64,000 nucleotides of DNA, taken from contig JAXLQJ010000032.1 of assembly GCA_046331705.1 (NCBI GenBank), forward strand, positions 1-64,000. The letters run 5' to 3'. Origin of the DNA: a bacterium. GTDB lineage: Bacteria > JADJOY01. The stretch's first letter is position 1. Each line of letters starts with the position of its first letter. Positions 37,584 through 47,613 of this stretch are shown here, piece after piece. The position numbers were made by a program, and so were the translations under genes. Under the pieces are notes generated by a model. It ran no database searches, was not told where the DNA came from, and saw only the letters and a list, made by a program, of their open reading frames with translations.

Positions 37584-39668
37584 GTGACGAGGATCCACCG
37601 ACGCCGCGGATCCTCCCGCGTCCCGCTGCTCGCCCTGCTGCTCGTCGCGAGCGCCGCCTGCACCTCGGGCGGCGGCTCGGGCGACCTGGCCGCGTCGGCC
37701 GCCCGGGTTCGCTACGACCTGAGCGACTCCGCGGGCTTCTTCGACTTCCCCTGGCCGTCCGACGTTCGGCTGCGTCCGGACGGCACCGTCGACGCGAGTC
37801 GCTTCCCGAATCCCAAGGGGCTCGGCGGCATCCAGGAGATGATCGATCTCGCTGGCGGCGCGACCCGCAATTTCTCCCAGAGCGGCGCCGTCTTCTTTCG
37901 CTTCGACCGCTCGTTCACCGGTGTCGAGCCGGTGCCGGACCCGCTCGCGACGACCCGCGAGCCGTCGCCCTATTTCCTGGTGAACCTGAGCGACGGGCCC
38001 CGATACGGAACGCGCGCGCCGGTCTGGCTCGACTACCACGACGCACCGGACAGCTATCGCCCCGGCGAGCTGCTGACGATGCTACCGGTCTCGGGCGTGC
38101 TGCTGGAGCGGGAATCGACCTATGGCGCGGTGGTGCTGCGCTCGGCGTTCGTGCGGCCCGAGGACGTGAGCCCGTCACCGACCCTCGCCGCGGCGCTCGC
38201 GGGGCGGAACCCAACCGGCGACGAGACCGGCGCCAAGCTCACGGCATCGCTGGCGCCGCTGGCGAGCTACCTTCGCGAGCACGGCATCGGGGCTCGCGAG
38301 GTCGTCGCCGCCACCGTCTTCTCGACCGGCGACCGCACCACGCGTCTCACCCGCTTCGTGCGCCAGGTCGAGGCGCTTTCCACGATCGCCCTCGACGGCC
38401 CGCTCACCCCGTTCTACGACCACCCCGACTACTGCGCCCTCCAGGGCTCGTATCGGGTTCCCGCGTACCAGGACGGCACCGCGCCGTACATCGTGTCCGG
38501 CGGCGTCATCCAGACCCGCGGCGCGGACGAGATCCTGGTGGAGCAACACCGCGATCGCGTGCCGTTCGTGGTGAGCTTTCCCAAGAGGCCGATGCCGGCC
38601 GGCGGCTTCCCGCTCTTCCTCTACGTGCACGGCACGGGCGGCACCTCCGACCAAGTGGTGACGCGCGGCCCCGTCCTCGAGCCGGGCGGCGACGCGGTCT
38701 ACGGTGAAGGCCCCGCTTACGTGGTGGCGCTGCGCGGCTACGGGGCAGGCAGCTCGGCGGGAACGCTGAATCCGGAGCGCATCGGCAGCCTGTCGGCGGA
38801 GGGCTACATCGCCTACAACTTCACGCGGCCGGCGGCGATGCGCGACAACTTCGCGCAGATGATCCTGGATCAGATCGAGTTCCTGAAGGTGCTGCTGTCG
38901 CTGCGCGTGGACGCGAGCCAGTGCCCGGGCGCCGACCCGGCGGCTGCCGCGGACGGCACGCTGCGCTTCGATCCCTCCAAGGTCGTGGTTTCCGGTCAGA
39001 GCTTGGGCTCGTATCTCACCGGGATGCTCGCCTCGTTGCACGACGGCTTCATCGGCGCCGTGCTGACGGGAGCGGGCGGCGGCTGGGGCGAGTTCGCGCT
39101 CGGCCCGCAGGACCCGCCGCTCTCGGAGATCCTGAAGCTCTACCTCGGCATGGGCGACGACGAAGCGCTGGATCTCTTTCATCCCGTGATCTCGATCTTC
39201 GATCTGACGGTCGGCGAAGCGGACAACGTCAACTACGTGCGACGCATCCGCACCGATCCGCCGCAAGATCGTGGGATCCCCCACGTGCTGGTCATCGAAG
39301 GCACCTACGACCTGCAGACCACCGCCAACCTCCAGCGCGCGCTGGTGGCGGCGATCGGCGTCGACATGCTCGGCGACAGTCAGACCACCGACCCGTACCA
39401 GCGCCTCGAGGACGCGATTCGCTTCGCCGGCGACGACATCCTCACGACCGAGCCCGTGCGCGGCAACCGCTCGCGCCCCGACGGCTCACCGCTGACGTTC
39501 GCGGTCGTCCGCTACGAGAAGGATCCGATTCGCGAGGGCCATTACGTCTCGTTCCAGCGCGACGACGCCAAGCACGATTACGGCTGCTTCCTGGAAACGC
39601 TGCTGACCGATCCTCAGGGCGTGCCCAGCATCATCCGTGGCAGCACGTTCGACGGCCCCTGCCCGTAG
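37584..39668 (+). CDS. Large lipoprotein with a C-terminal alpha/beta hydrolase domain
   Basis: SAA-C lipobox; FFDFPWPSD; YVHGTGG; GQSLG nucleophile; EGHY. Confidence 0.8.
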   Translation: MTRIHRRRGSSRVPLLALLLVASAACTSGGGSGDLAASAARVRYDLSDSAGFFDFPWPSDVRLRPDGTVDASRFPNPKGLGGIQEMIDLAGGATRNFSQSGAVFFRFDRSFTGVEPVPDPLATTREPSPYFLVNLSDGPRYGTRAPVWLDYHDAPDSYRPGELLTMLPVSGVLLERESTYGAVVLRSAFVRPEDVSPSPTLAAALAGRNPTGDETGAKLTASLAPLASYLREHGIGAREVVAATVFSTGDRTTRLTRFVRQVEALSTIALDGPLTPFYDHPDYCALQGSYRVPAYQDGTAPYIVSGGVIQTRGADEILVEQHRDRVPFVVSFPKRPMPAGGFPLFLYVHGTGGTSDQVVTRGPVLEPGGDAVYGEGPAYVVALRGYGAGSSAGTLNPERIGSLSAEGYIAYNFTRPAAMRDNFAQMILDQIEFLKVLLSLRVDASQCPGADPAAAADGTLRFDPSKVVVSGQSLGSYLTGMLASLHDGFIGAVLTGAGGGWGEFALGPQDPPLSEILKLYLGMGDDEALDLFHPVISIFDLTVGEADNVNYVRRIRTDPPQDRGIPHVLVIEGTYDLQTTANLQRALVAAIGVDMLGDSQTTDPYQRLEDAIRFAGDDILTTEPVRGNRSRPDGSPLTFAVVRYEKDPIREGHYVSFQRDDAKHDYGCFLETLLTDPQGVPSIIRGSTFDGPCP

Positions 39669-39870
39669 CCGGTCGTCGTCGATCCGCGGCGCGGGCACGC
39701 GCGGTGCGATCGCTCGACCAATCCGCGCGGGGCGATCGAAGCGCTCGGGCCGCCGCCGACGAGATGTCTTTCCCGAGCGTGGCGGGCGCTGGCGCTCCGA
39801 GGGGCGGAACCTGCCGCGCGGTAGGTGGACTCGCCAGGCGGGATCGAAACACGGCATTCTAGAGTGAGCC

Positions 39871-40524
39871 ATGGCGACCGACACGCTCCTGACCGAGACG
39901 CGCGCCGTGCCCTCGGTGCGAGGGCAATACTCGCGCGCAGCACTGATCCGACTCGCGATCGGGTTCACGATGCTGCAGCTCCTGGTGGCGTGGTCGATCG
40001 ACGGCGTGAGCCCGAGCGCCGACCTCCGGCGCGCGCTGCACTGGGACTGGCGAATCGCGGTCGGCGCGCTCGCCGGCGTCGCGGTGGGCGCGGTGGCGGG
40101 AGTGGGCGTGGCCGTGCTGATCCGGCGCTCGCCGCCGTTCGGCACCATCGCCGAGCGCGTGGTGCCGCTCGCCGACTGGGCGAGCTTCCGGCCAGTGGAC
40201 TACGTGCTCATCGCGCTCTGCGCAGGCCTCGGCGAAGAAGTGCTGTTTCGTGGCGCGCTGCAACCGATCACGGGGGTGGTCGTGCAGGCGATCCTGTTCG
40301 GACTGCTGCACTGGACCTGCAAGGCACACGTTGGGATCGCGGTTTCCGCGGGACTGGCCTTCGGTTTCATCGCCGAGGTCTCGGGCAGCGTGTGGCCCGG
40401 CGTCGCCGCGCACTTCGCCGTGGACCTGACCACCGGGCTGGCCCTCGGCGCGGCGCTGCGTCGCGGCTGGATCGACGCGGCAGGACGCTTCATCGCACCC
40501 GCACCGAGCTCGCCGGCGCTCTGA
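39871..40524 (+). CDS. CPBP family (CAAX/Abi) intramembrane metalloprotease
   Basis: GEEVLFRG, FGLLH, AHFAVD. Confidence 0.88.
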   Translation: MATDTLLTETRAVPSVRGQYSRAALIRLAIGFTMLQLLVAWSIDGVSPSADLRRALHWDWRIAVGALAGVAVGAVAGVGVAVLIRRSPPFGTIAERVVPLADWASFRPVDYVLIALCAGLGEEVLFRGALQPITGVVVQAILFGLLHWTCKAHVGIAVSAGLAFGFIAEVSGSVWPGVAAHFAVDLTTGLALGAALRRGWIDAAGRFIAPAPSSPAL

Positions 40525-40724
40525 GCGACGCGCTCGCGCGAGATCCGCAGATTCACGGCGGATCGGGGTCGGCGAGCGTTGCCCGCCGCTCCCCCACGTT
40601 TGCCGTCCCACGCTGCGCGTGCCAGCGGCACCTCACGCGCGCAGCGAGTCCCTCGGGGCGGAACCGTGCGCGGCTCGGCCGCCGGAGGGTGCGGGGGGCG
40701 AGGAGCACCCCCCGCCGGCGCCCG

Positions 40725-41744
40725 TCAGGCCACGGTCCAGGTCGCGCCGTCGCGCAGCAGCTTGGCGATCTCGCCCGTTCCTTTCTTCTGCTTCGCGTCC
40801 TGGATCTGCTGGTGCAGCAGGTCCTCGTAGGTCGGGCGCTGGACGGCCCGGTAGACGCCGAGCGGCTCCGGGAACAGCGGATGCTCGAGCCTGCTCAGCA
40901 TGTACGCGAGCACACCGTTTTGCTGGGTCTCGTCGTGGGTCACCAGATCGGCCTCGGTGACTCCGTCGCCGAGCGCCACCACCTCGAGCTGGCCGTTGCG
41001 GAACCGAAGCCCCTTGTCGCGCTGCTTGCCGAACACCAGCGGCTTGCCGTGCTCGAGCACGAGGACGTTGTCGTCCTTCGCGTCCTTCTCGGTGGCGTAG
41101 CCGAAGGCTCCATCGTTGAAGATGTTGCAGTTCTGGTAGATCTCGACGAACGCGGTGCCGCGGTGCGCCGCCGCGCGCTTGATGACCTCTTCCAGATGCT
41201 TGGTGTGCACGTCGACGGTACGCGCGACGAACGAGGCCTCGGCGCCCAGCGCCACCGCGATCGGGTGAAGCGGCTGATCGATGTTGCCCCAGGGGGTGGA
41301 CTTGGTCTTCTTGCCTAGCTCCGAGGTCGGCGAGCTCTGCCCCTTGGTGAGCCCGTAGATGCGGTTATTGAACAGCAGGATCTTGATGTCGACGTTGCGC
41401 CGCATCGCGTGGATCAAGTGGTTCCCGCCGATCGAGAGCGCGTCGCCGTCGCCGGTCGCGACCCACACCGTGAGCTCGGGCCGCGCCGCCTTGAGACCGG
41501 TCGCGACCGCGGGCGCACGCCCGTGGATCGAGTGGAATCCGTAGGTGTTCATGTAGTACGGGAAACGGCTCGAGCAGCCGATGCCCGACACGAACACGGT
41601 GTTCTCGCGCGTCACGCCCAAGGTCGGCATGACCTTCTTCACCTGGGCGAGGATCGCGTAGTCCCCGCAACCCGGGCACCAGCGCGGGTCTTGGTCGGTG
41701 GCGAAATCCTTCGCCGTGAGATTCAGCGACGCGATGGCATTCAT
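40725..41744 (-). CDS. korB: 2-oxoacid:ferredoxin oxidoreductase beta subunit
   Basis: WCPGCGD, GIGCSSR, HGRA, GDGD, NNRIYGLTKGQ. Confidence 0.93.
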   Translation of the reverse strand: MNAIASLNLTAKDFATDQDPRWCPGCGDYAILAQVKKVMPTLGVTRENTVFVSGIGCSSRFPYYMNTYGFHSIHGRAPAVATGLKAARPELTVWVATGDGDALSIGGNHLIHAMRRNVDIKILLFNNRIYGLTKGQSSPTSELGKKTKSTPWGNIDQPLHPIAVALGAEASFVARTVDVHTKHLEEVIKRAAAHRGTAFVEIYQNCNIFNDGAFGYATEKDAKDDNVLVLEHGKPLVFGKQRDKGLRFRNGQLEVVALGDGVTEADLVTHDETQQNGVLAYMLSRLEHPLFPEPLGVYRAVQRPTYEDLLHQQIQDAKQKKGTGEIAKLLRDGATWTVA

Positions 41745-43684
41745 CCTTGAGCCTCCGAAACGAGAACGTCTGCGGGGCGCGGCGGCGCGAGGCGCGCGGC
41801 CGCCTTCGAGCTCGCCCGCAACCCGAGCAGCTCGTCCACCTTCTCGACGATCTCGCGCACCATGAAGGGCTTTCCCTTGACCTTGTTGAGCCCGACCGCG
41901 TCCACCAGATAGCGCGCACGCAGGATCGTGCGCAGCTGACCGAGGTTGAGCTCGGGCACCAGCACCGTGCGAAAGCTCGCGAGCAGCTCGCCGAGGTCGT
42001 GAGGCAATGGGTTCAGATAACGCAGGTGCGCCGCCGAGACGCGTTTGCCCTGCGCACGCAGCCGCTCCACGGCGGTGGCCACCGCGCCGTACGTGCCGCC
42101 CCAGCTCACGATCAGCACGTCGCCGCTGCGCTCCCCGATGACGGGCTGCGGCGGATAGTCGTCGGCGATCTTGTCGACCTTCGCTTGGCGAACGTGGACC
42201 ATGTGCTCGTGGTTCTCGGGGTCGTAGCTCACGTTCCCCGTCAGGTCCTGCTTCTCGAGACCGCCGATGCGGTGCATCAACCCCGGCGTCCCGGGCGGAA
42301 CCCAGCGGCGCACCAAGCGCTCGTCGCGCTGGTAGGGAAAGAAGCGCTCGCCGTGACCGTTGCTGTAGAACGGCACGTCGATGCGCGGCAGCGACTCGAC
42401 ATCGGGCAGCTTCCAGGGATCCGAGCCGTTGGCGATGTAGCCGTCGCTCAGCAGCATCACCGGAGTCATGTGCTGCATCGCGATGCGGCTCGCCTCGATC
42501 GCCGCATCGAAGCAGTCCGAGGGCGACGCCGCCGCCAGCACCGGAACCGGCGTCTCGCCGTTGCGGCCGAACACCGCCTGGAACAGGTCCGCCTGCTCGG
42601 TCTTGGTGGGCAGACCCGTGGAGGGCCCGCCCCGCTGGATGTTCACGATCACCAGCGGCAGCTCGGTCATCACCGCGAGACCGATCGCCTCGGTCTTGAG
42701 CGCGACGCCCGGGCCGCTGGAGCCGGTGACCGCCAGGCAGCCGCCGAAGGAAGCGCCGATCGACGCGCCGATGGCGGCGATCTCGTCCTCGGCCTGAAAG
42801 GTGATCACGCCGTATTCCTTGTGGCGCGAGAGCTCGTGGAGGATGTCGGACGCAGGGGTGATGGGATAGCTGCCGTAGAAGAGCTGCTTGTCGGCGAGCC
42901 GCGCGGCGGCGATGAGCCCGATCGCGATCGCCTCGTTGCCGGTGATCTTCCGGTACGTGCCGGGCTCGATCTCGGCCTTCTCGACTCGATACGAGCTCAC
43001 GAACATCTCGGTGGTCTCGCCGTAGTTGAAGCCGGCGTTGAGCGTCCGGATGTTCGCTTCCCTGAGCGTCGCGTTCTTCGCGAACTTCTCCTGGATCCAC
43101 GCGATGGTCGGCTCGAGCGGTCGGCCGTAGAGCCAGCAGGCGAGCCCCAGCGTGAAGAAGTTCTTGCAGCGATCGGCGGAACGCTTCTCGAGCCCCAGGC
43201 CCTCCACCGCGCGGCGATTCATGGTGGTGATGGCGATGGCGTGGAGGCGATAGCCGTCGAGGGAGCCATCGGTGAGCGGGCTCGTCGCGTAGCCGGCCTT
43301 GTCGAGATTGTCGGGCGTGAACGCGTCGCTGTTCACGATGAGCAAGCCGCCCGGGATCAGATCGGCAAGGTTCGTCTTGAGCGCGGCGGGGTTCATCGCC
43401 ACCAAGGCGTCCACCTGATCGCCGGGGGTGTGGATGTCCTGGCTCGAGAAATTGACCTGGAAGCCGCTCACTCCGGCGAGCGATCCGGCGGGGGCGCGGA
43501 TCTCCGCTGGGTAGTCGGGAAACGTCGAGATGTCGTTCCCGAAGATCGCCGAGGCGTCACTGAACTGCCCGCCCACGAGCTGCATGCCGTCGCCCGAGTC
43601 GCCGGCGAACCGAACGGTCGCCGACTCGATCTCGGCGATCTGCTTTGCCGCGGGGCCGGTACTGCCGACTGCGTCGTCTGCCAT
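41741..43684 (-). CDS. korA: 2-oxoacid:acceptor oxidoreductase alpha subunit (gamma-alpha fusion)
   Basis: FAGDSGDGMQ, YPITPAS, QAEDE, QRGGPSTG, ELNLGQL; GAGGAAGAG RBS before ATG 43684. Confidence 0.93.
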   Translation of the reverse strand: MADDAVGSTGPAAKQIAEIESATVRFAGDSGDGMQLVGGQFSDASAIFGNDISTFPDYPAEIRAPAGSLAGVSGFQVNFSSQDIHTPGDQVDALVAMNPAALKTNLADLIPGGLLIVNSDAFTPDNLDKAGYATSPLTDGSLDGYRLHAIAITTMNRRAVEGLGLEKRSADRCKNFFTLGLACWLYGRPLEPTIAWIQEKFAKNATLREANIRTLNAGFNYGETTEMFVSSYRVEKAEIEPGTYRKITGNEAIAIGLIAAARLADKQLFYGSYPITPASDILHELSRHKEYGVITFQAEDEIAAIGASIGASFGGCLAVTGSSGPGVALKTEAIGLAVMTELPLVIVNIQRGGPSTGLPTKTEQADLFQAVFGRNGETPVPVLAAASPSDCFDAAIEASRIAMQHMTPVMLLSDGYIANGSDPWKLPDVESLPRIDVPFYSNGHGERFFPYQRDERLVRRWVPPGTPGLMHRIGGLEKQDLTGNVSYDPENHEHMVHVRQAKVDKIADDYPPQPVIGERSGDVLIVSWGGTYGAVATAVERLRAQGKRVSAAHLRYLNPLPHDLGELLASFRTVLVPELNLGQLRTILRARYLVDAVGLNKVKGKPFMVREIVEKVDELLGLRASSKAAARLAPPRPADVLVSEAQG

Positions 43685-43966
43685 CTCTTCCTCACCTCGC
43701 TCAGGTTCGCGTTCGGGCTCCGAGGACACCGGGCGCGCCGGAATCGGGCCGCGCTCGAAGGCGCGCGGAACGCACCCTCACGGACCGACGTGTCGACGAG
43801 CGATCTCGTCGCGTCGCGCCCGTGCCGCACTTCGGGACAGGCCGTGCGATCGGCGACGGTGCCGCAGATCACACCGTGATCGAGTGTACCGATGGACAGG
43901 ATGAGCCGCAAGAAACGAGGGAAATCTTCGCGTCGAGCGCCCCCGGGCCACGCGTGCGGCGTGCGG

Positions 43967-45052
43967 TCACACCAGCGTTCGCAGCGCTGCGAGCAGCCGG
44001 TCGACGACGTCGAGCGTGGCGTTCGTGCCCATGAGCCCGATCCGCCAGATGCGTCCAGCCAGCGGCCCGAGGCCGCCGCCGACCTCGATCCCGAACCGAT
44101 CGAGCAGCTCCTTGCGCGCGAGCTTCTCGTCGGGAAACGGTGGAATCACCGCGTTGAGCATCGGCAAACGGTGCTCGACGGCGACCGGGAAACGGAAGCC
44201 GAGCGCCTCGAGTCCCGCGACGAGCGCGCGATGCGCGGCGAGGTGCCGCGCGAATCGCGCCTCGAGCCCTTCCTCGAGCACCTCGCCGAGCGCAGCCTCG
44301 AGCGCGAAGATCATCGAGATCGGCGCGGTGTGGTGATAGACGCGCTCGGTGCCGAAGTAGCGACCGATCAAGCTCAGGTCGAGATACCAGCTCGAAACCG
44401 GGGTCTTGCGGGAAGCGAGGCGCTCGAGCGCCGCCGGCGCGAACGTCAGCGGCGCGAGCCCGGGCGGGCACGACAGGCACTTCTGGGTGCCGGAGTACGC
44501 GGCGTCGATCCCCCACTCGTCGACCTTCACCTCCATGCCACCGAGCGAGGTCACGCAGTCCACGACGCTGAGCACACCGAGCGCTCGCGCCGCCGCGGCG
44601 ATCTCGACGACCGGCTGAGCGACGCCCGTGGAGGTCTCCGCGTGCACGAGCCCCACGAGCCGCGGGCGGTGTCGCTCGAGTGCCACCACCACGCGCTCCG
44701 GCGGAATCGTCTCGCCCCACGGCGCCTCGACGCGAACGGGCCGCGCGCCGATGCGCTCGACCATCGCGCACATGCGCTCGCCGAAGGCACCGTTGACGCC
44801 GATGACGGCGGCGTCGCCTGGCTCCAGCAGGTTCACCAGGCAGGCTTCCATACCAGCGCTGCCCGTGCCGGAGATCGGCAGCGTGAGCGGATGGACGGTG
44901 CGGAACGCCTGGCGCAAGCGCCCCTGCACGCGATCGAGGATCGCGAGGAACGCGGGATCGAGATGACCGAGGAGCGGCTCGGCCATCGCCGCGCGCACGC
45001 GTGGCGATGCGTTGCTCGGACCGGGACCGAGCAGCAACCGTTCCGCGCTCAC
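43967..45052 (-). CDS. Alanine-glyoxylate/serine-pyruvate aminotransferase (class V PLP)
   Basis: LLGPGPS, GTGSAGME, HAETSTG, DCVTS, GTQKCL, YHHT, WRIGLMG. Confidence 0.93.
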   Translation of the reverse strand: MSAERLLLGPGPSNASPRVRAAMAEPLLGHLDPAFLAILDRVQGRLRQAFRTVHPLTLPISGTGSAGMEACLVNLLEPGDAAVIGVNGAFGERMCAMVERIGARPVRVEAPWGETIPPERVVVALERHRPRLVGLVHAETSTGVAQPVVEIAAAARALGVLSVVDCVTSLGGMEVKVDEWGIDAAYSGTQKCLSCPPGLAPLTFAPAALERLASRKTPVSSWYLDLSLIGRYFGTERVYHHTAPISMIFALEAALGEVLEEGLEARFARHLAAHRALVAGLEALGFRFPVAVEHRLPMLNAVIPPFPDEKLARKELLDRFGIEVGGGLGPLAGRIWRIGLMGTNATLDVVDRLLAALRTLV

Positions 45053-45128
45053 GGCGACACCGCCGCGCGAGCGCGGGCGAATGCCCCGCTCGGCGAGCCG
45101 CGCGGCGGCGTGGACGCGGCAGGCGCGG

Positions 45129-45533
45129 TCAACCGACCGCGCGCAGCTTGGGGCTCGGCGTGAAGGCGACCTCGTCCGAGCTCACGCTGACGATCTGGTT
45201 GCGATCGTCCACCAGCACCACGGTGGGCTTGTGCTTGATCGCCTCGGCGTCGTTCATCTGCGCGTAGGTCGCGATGATGACCACGTCGCCGACCGCGACC
45301 TTGCGGGCCGCGGCGCCGTTCAAGCAGATGTCGCCGGCCCCGCGTGGGCCTTCGATGGCGTAGGTCTCGAAGCGCTCGCCGTTGGTGACGTTCCAGATGC
45401 AGACCTGCTCGTAGGGGTAGATGTCGGAAGCCTCGAGCAGGTCACGGTCGATGGTCACACTCCCCACGTAGTTGAGGTTGGCATCGGTGACCGTGGCACG
45501 GTGAATCTTGGACTTCATCATCGAGCGGATCAT
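45129..45533 (-). CDS. panD: Aspartate 1-decarboxylase
   Basis: [14 protein letters not shown] self-cleavage site, [14 protein letters not shown]. Confidence 0.96.
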   Translation of the reverse strand: MIRSMMKSKIHRATVTDANLNYVGSVTIDRDLLEASDIYPYEQVCIWNVTNGERFETYAIEGPRGAGDICLNGAAARKVAVGDVVIIATYAQMNDAEAIKHKPTVVLVDDRNQIVSVSSDEVAFTPSPKLRAVG

Positions 45534-45695
45534 CCAGCTCTCCTTCGCAGGTATCCGCCTCGTCCACCGAGGTCGCATCCTGCATTGAGGAATCGAGAAC
45601 ATTGTAGCGCTACCGCGTCATTCGTGCCTGCCCCCCTCCGCGAGGACTCGAAGCGCTCGCGAGGACCGGGACGTTTTCGTCGAGATATCGATCAG

Positions 45696-46553
45696 TTAAC
45701 GGACGACGACCGGATCGAGCGCCACGTTGTCGATGAGCCGCGTGGCTCCCAAATGCAGCGCGACCGCAAGTCGCGCGGGGCGCTCGAGGATCGCGACTCG
45801 AGCGAGGGTGTCGGCGTCCACCACCTCGACGTATTCGAGGCGAAGACGGGCGTGGCGGCCGAGCTCCCGACGCACGCGCTCGACGATCGCCGCGGCGCTC
45901 TTCTCGCCGTCGCGCACCGCGGCCGCCGCGGCGAAGAGCGCGCGTGGGATCTCGCGCGCCAGCTCGCGCTCGTCCGGCGCGAGCCGCACGTTGCGGCTGC
46001 TCATCGCCAGGCCGTCGGGCTCTCGAACGGTGGCGAGCCCCACCACCTCGATGCCCATGTCGAGGTCGCGCGCCATCGTCCGGATGGTGACGAGCTGCTG
46101 GTAGTCCTTCTCGCCGAAGATCGCGACGTGCGGCCGGGTCGCATGGAAGAGCTTCGCCACCACGGTGGTGACACCGCGGAAGTGTCCGGGGCGGAACGCG
46201 CCGCACAACCCCTCGGTGACGCCGTCGACCTCGACGCGGGTGCGAAACTGCGCCGGGTACATGGCCTCGTGCTCGGGGTGGAAGAGCACGTCCGTGCCGA
46301 CCGCTTCGAGCATCCGCGCGTCGCGCTCCACGTCACGCGGATAGCTCGCGAAGTCCTGGGAGTCGTTGAACTGGATCTTGTTCACGAAGAGGCTGACCAC
46401 CACGACGTCGGCGCGCTGGCGCGCTTCGCGCACCAGGCTCAGATGGCCGTCGTGAAGGAAGCCCATCGTGGGGACGAGCGCGATCCGGCGACCGGCGGCG
46501 CGCTCGGCCTCGGCGCGCGACTGCATCGCTGCGATCGAGGTGAGGATCTCCAT
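45696..46553 (-). CDS. panC: Pantoate-beta-alanine ligase
   Basis: VPTMGFLHDGH, RPGHF.GV, FGEKDYQQ, DGLAMSSRN, RLIDN. Confidence 0.96.
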   Translation of the reverse strand: MEILTSIAAMQSRAEAERAAGRRIALVPTMGFLHDGHLSLVREARQRADVVVVSLFVNKIQFNDSQDFASYPRDVERDARMLEAVGTDVLFHPEHEAMYPAQFRTRVEVDGVTEGLCGAFRPGHFRGVTTVVAKLFHATRPHVAIFGEKDYQQLVTIRTMARDLDMGIEVVGLATVREPDGLAMSSRNVRLAPDERELAREIPRALFAAAAAVRDGEKSAAAIVERVRRELGRHARLRLEYVEVVDADTLARVAILERPARLAVALHLGATRLIDNVALDPVVVR

Positions 46554-46567
46554 CGTCGTCGACCTGC

Positions 46568-47386
46568 TCAGTGAAACGTGTGCTCGGGCCCCGGGAAGGC
46601 ACCGCTCTTCACTTCGTCGATGTAGGCGCCCACCGCTTTCACGATCACGTCGTTCAGGTTCGCGTACTTCTTCGCGAACTTCGGGTTCCAGTTGTTGTCC
46701 ATGCCGAGCAGGTCGTAGATCACGAGCACCTGACCGTCGCAGCCCGGCCCGGCGCCGATGCCGATCGTGGGGATGGGGATCGCGCGGCTCACGCGCTCGG
46801 CGAGCTCGCCGGGAATCCCCTCCAAGACCACGGCAAAGGCGCCCGCTTCCGCTAGGGCGAGCGCGTCCTCTTCCAGCGCCTGGGCGGCGTCCTTGGTCCG
46901 ACCCTGGATTCGGAAGCCACCGAGCTGGTGGATCGATTGCGGCGTGAGCCCGAGATGACCCACCACCGGCACGCCCATCCGATGGATCGCGCGCACCACC
47001 GGTGCGACCTCGCGCCCGCCCTCCACCTTCACCGACTCCGCGCCGCCTTCCTTCACGAGCCGCGCGGCGTTGCGCATCGCGTCCTCGGCCGAGACCTGGT
47101 AGCTGCCGAAGGGCATGTCGAGGACGAGGTGCGCGTGGGTGAGCCCACGCGCCACGATCCGCCCGTGGTAGATCATGTCCTCGAGCGTGACCTCCAGCGT
47201 GCTGGTGCGCCCCTGGATGACCATGCCCAGGCTGTCGCCCACCAGCACCATCTCGACCCCCGCTTGGTCGAGGATGCGCATGAAGGTCGCGTCGTAGCAC
47301 GTGACCATGGTGATCTTCTCACCACGGCCCTTCATCGCCACCAGCTCGGGAACGGTGACTTTCCTGGACTTCGCTCGTGCGCTCAT
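46568..47386 (-). CDS. panB: 3-methyl-2-oxobutanoate hydroxymethyltransferase
   Basis: LVGDSLG, DMPFGSY, VKVEGG, GHLGLTPQ, GIGAG, DGQVLV. Confidence 0.96.
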   Translation of the reverse strand: MSARAKSRKVTVPELVAMKGRGEKITMVTCYDATFMRILDQAGVEMVLVGDSLGMVIQGRTSTLEVTLEDMIYHGRIVARGLTHAHLVLDMPFGSYQVSAEDAMRNAARLVKEGGAESVKVEGGREVAPVVRAIHRMGVPVVGHLGLTPQSIHQLGGFRIQGRTKDAAQALEEDALALAEAGAFAVVLEGIPGELAERVSRAIPIPTIGIGAGPGCDGQVLVIYDLLGMDNNWNPKFAKKYANLNDVIVKAVGAYIDEVKSGAFPGPEHTFH

Positions 47387-47613
47387 GACGTCCTCTCGGC
47401 TCCCCGTCGCTCGACGATCGGGTGCCCGTTGGGGGCGGATCGACACGTGCCAGGCGCTCGACGCTCCTGCGGCTCACCGGGCTGCCCGTCGTCGCCGACG
47501 CTCGGACGCCCTGTTCGCGGGTGCGCTCTGAACCCGGCGCCCGCAGATCGAGGAACGGTCGCGGCAGCCGCGGCCCTCACGATCCCGGGACCGCGAGTCG
47601 CCAGCGACGACCG

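Noticed and set aside
34871-37663. 930-aa ORF suggesting a large sulfotransferase fusion
   Set aside because: The N-terminal part is antisense to the DUF6986-type gene; the real gene starts at about 35989.
40725-43100. Apparent 791-aa beta subunit
   Set aside because: The extension is an alternative frame of the alpha-subunit gene; the beta ATG is at 41744 with an ATGA overlap.
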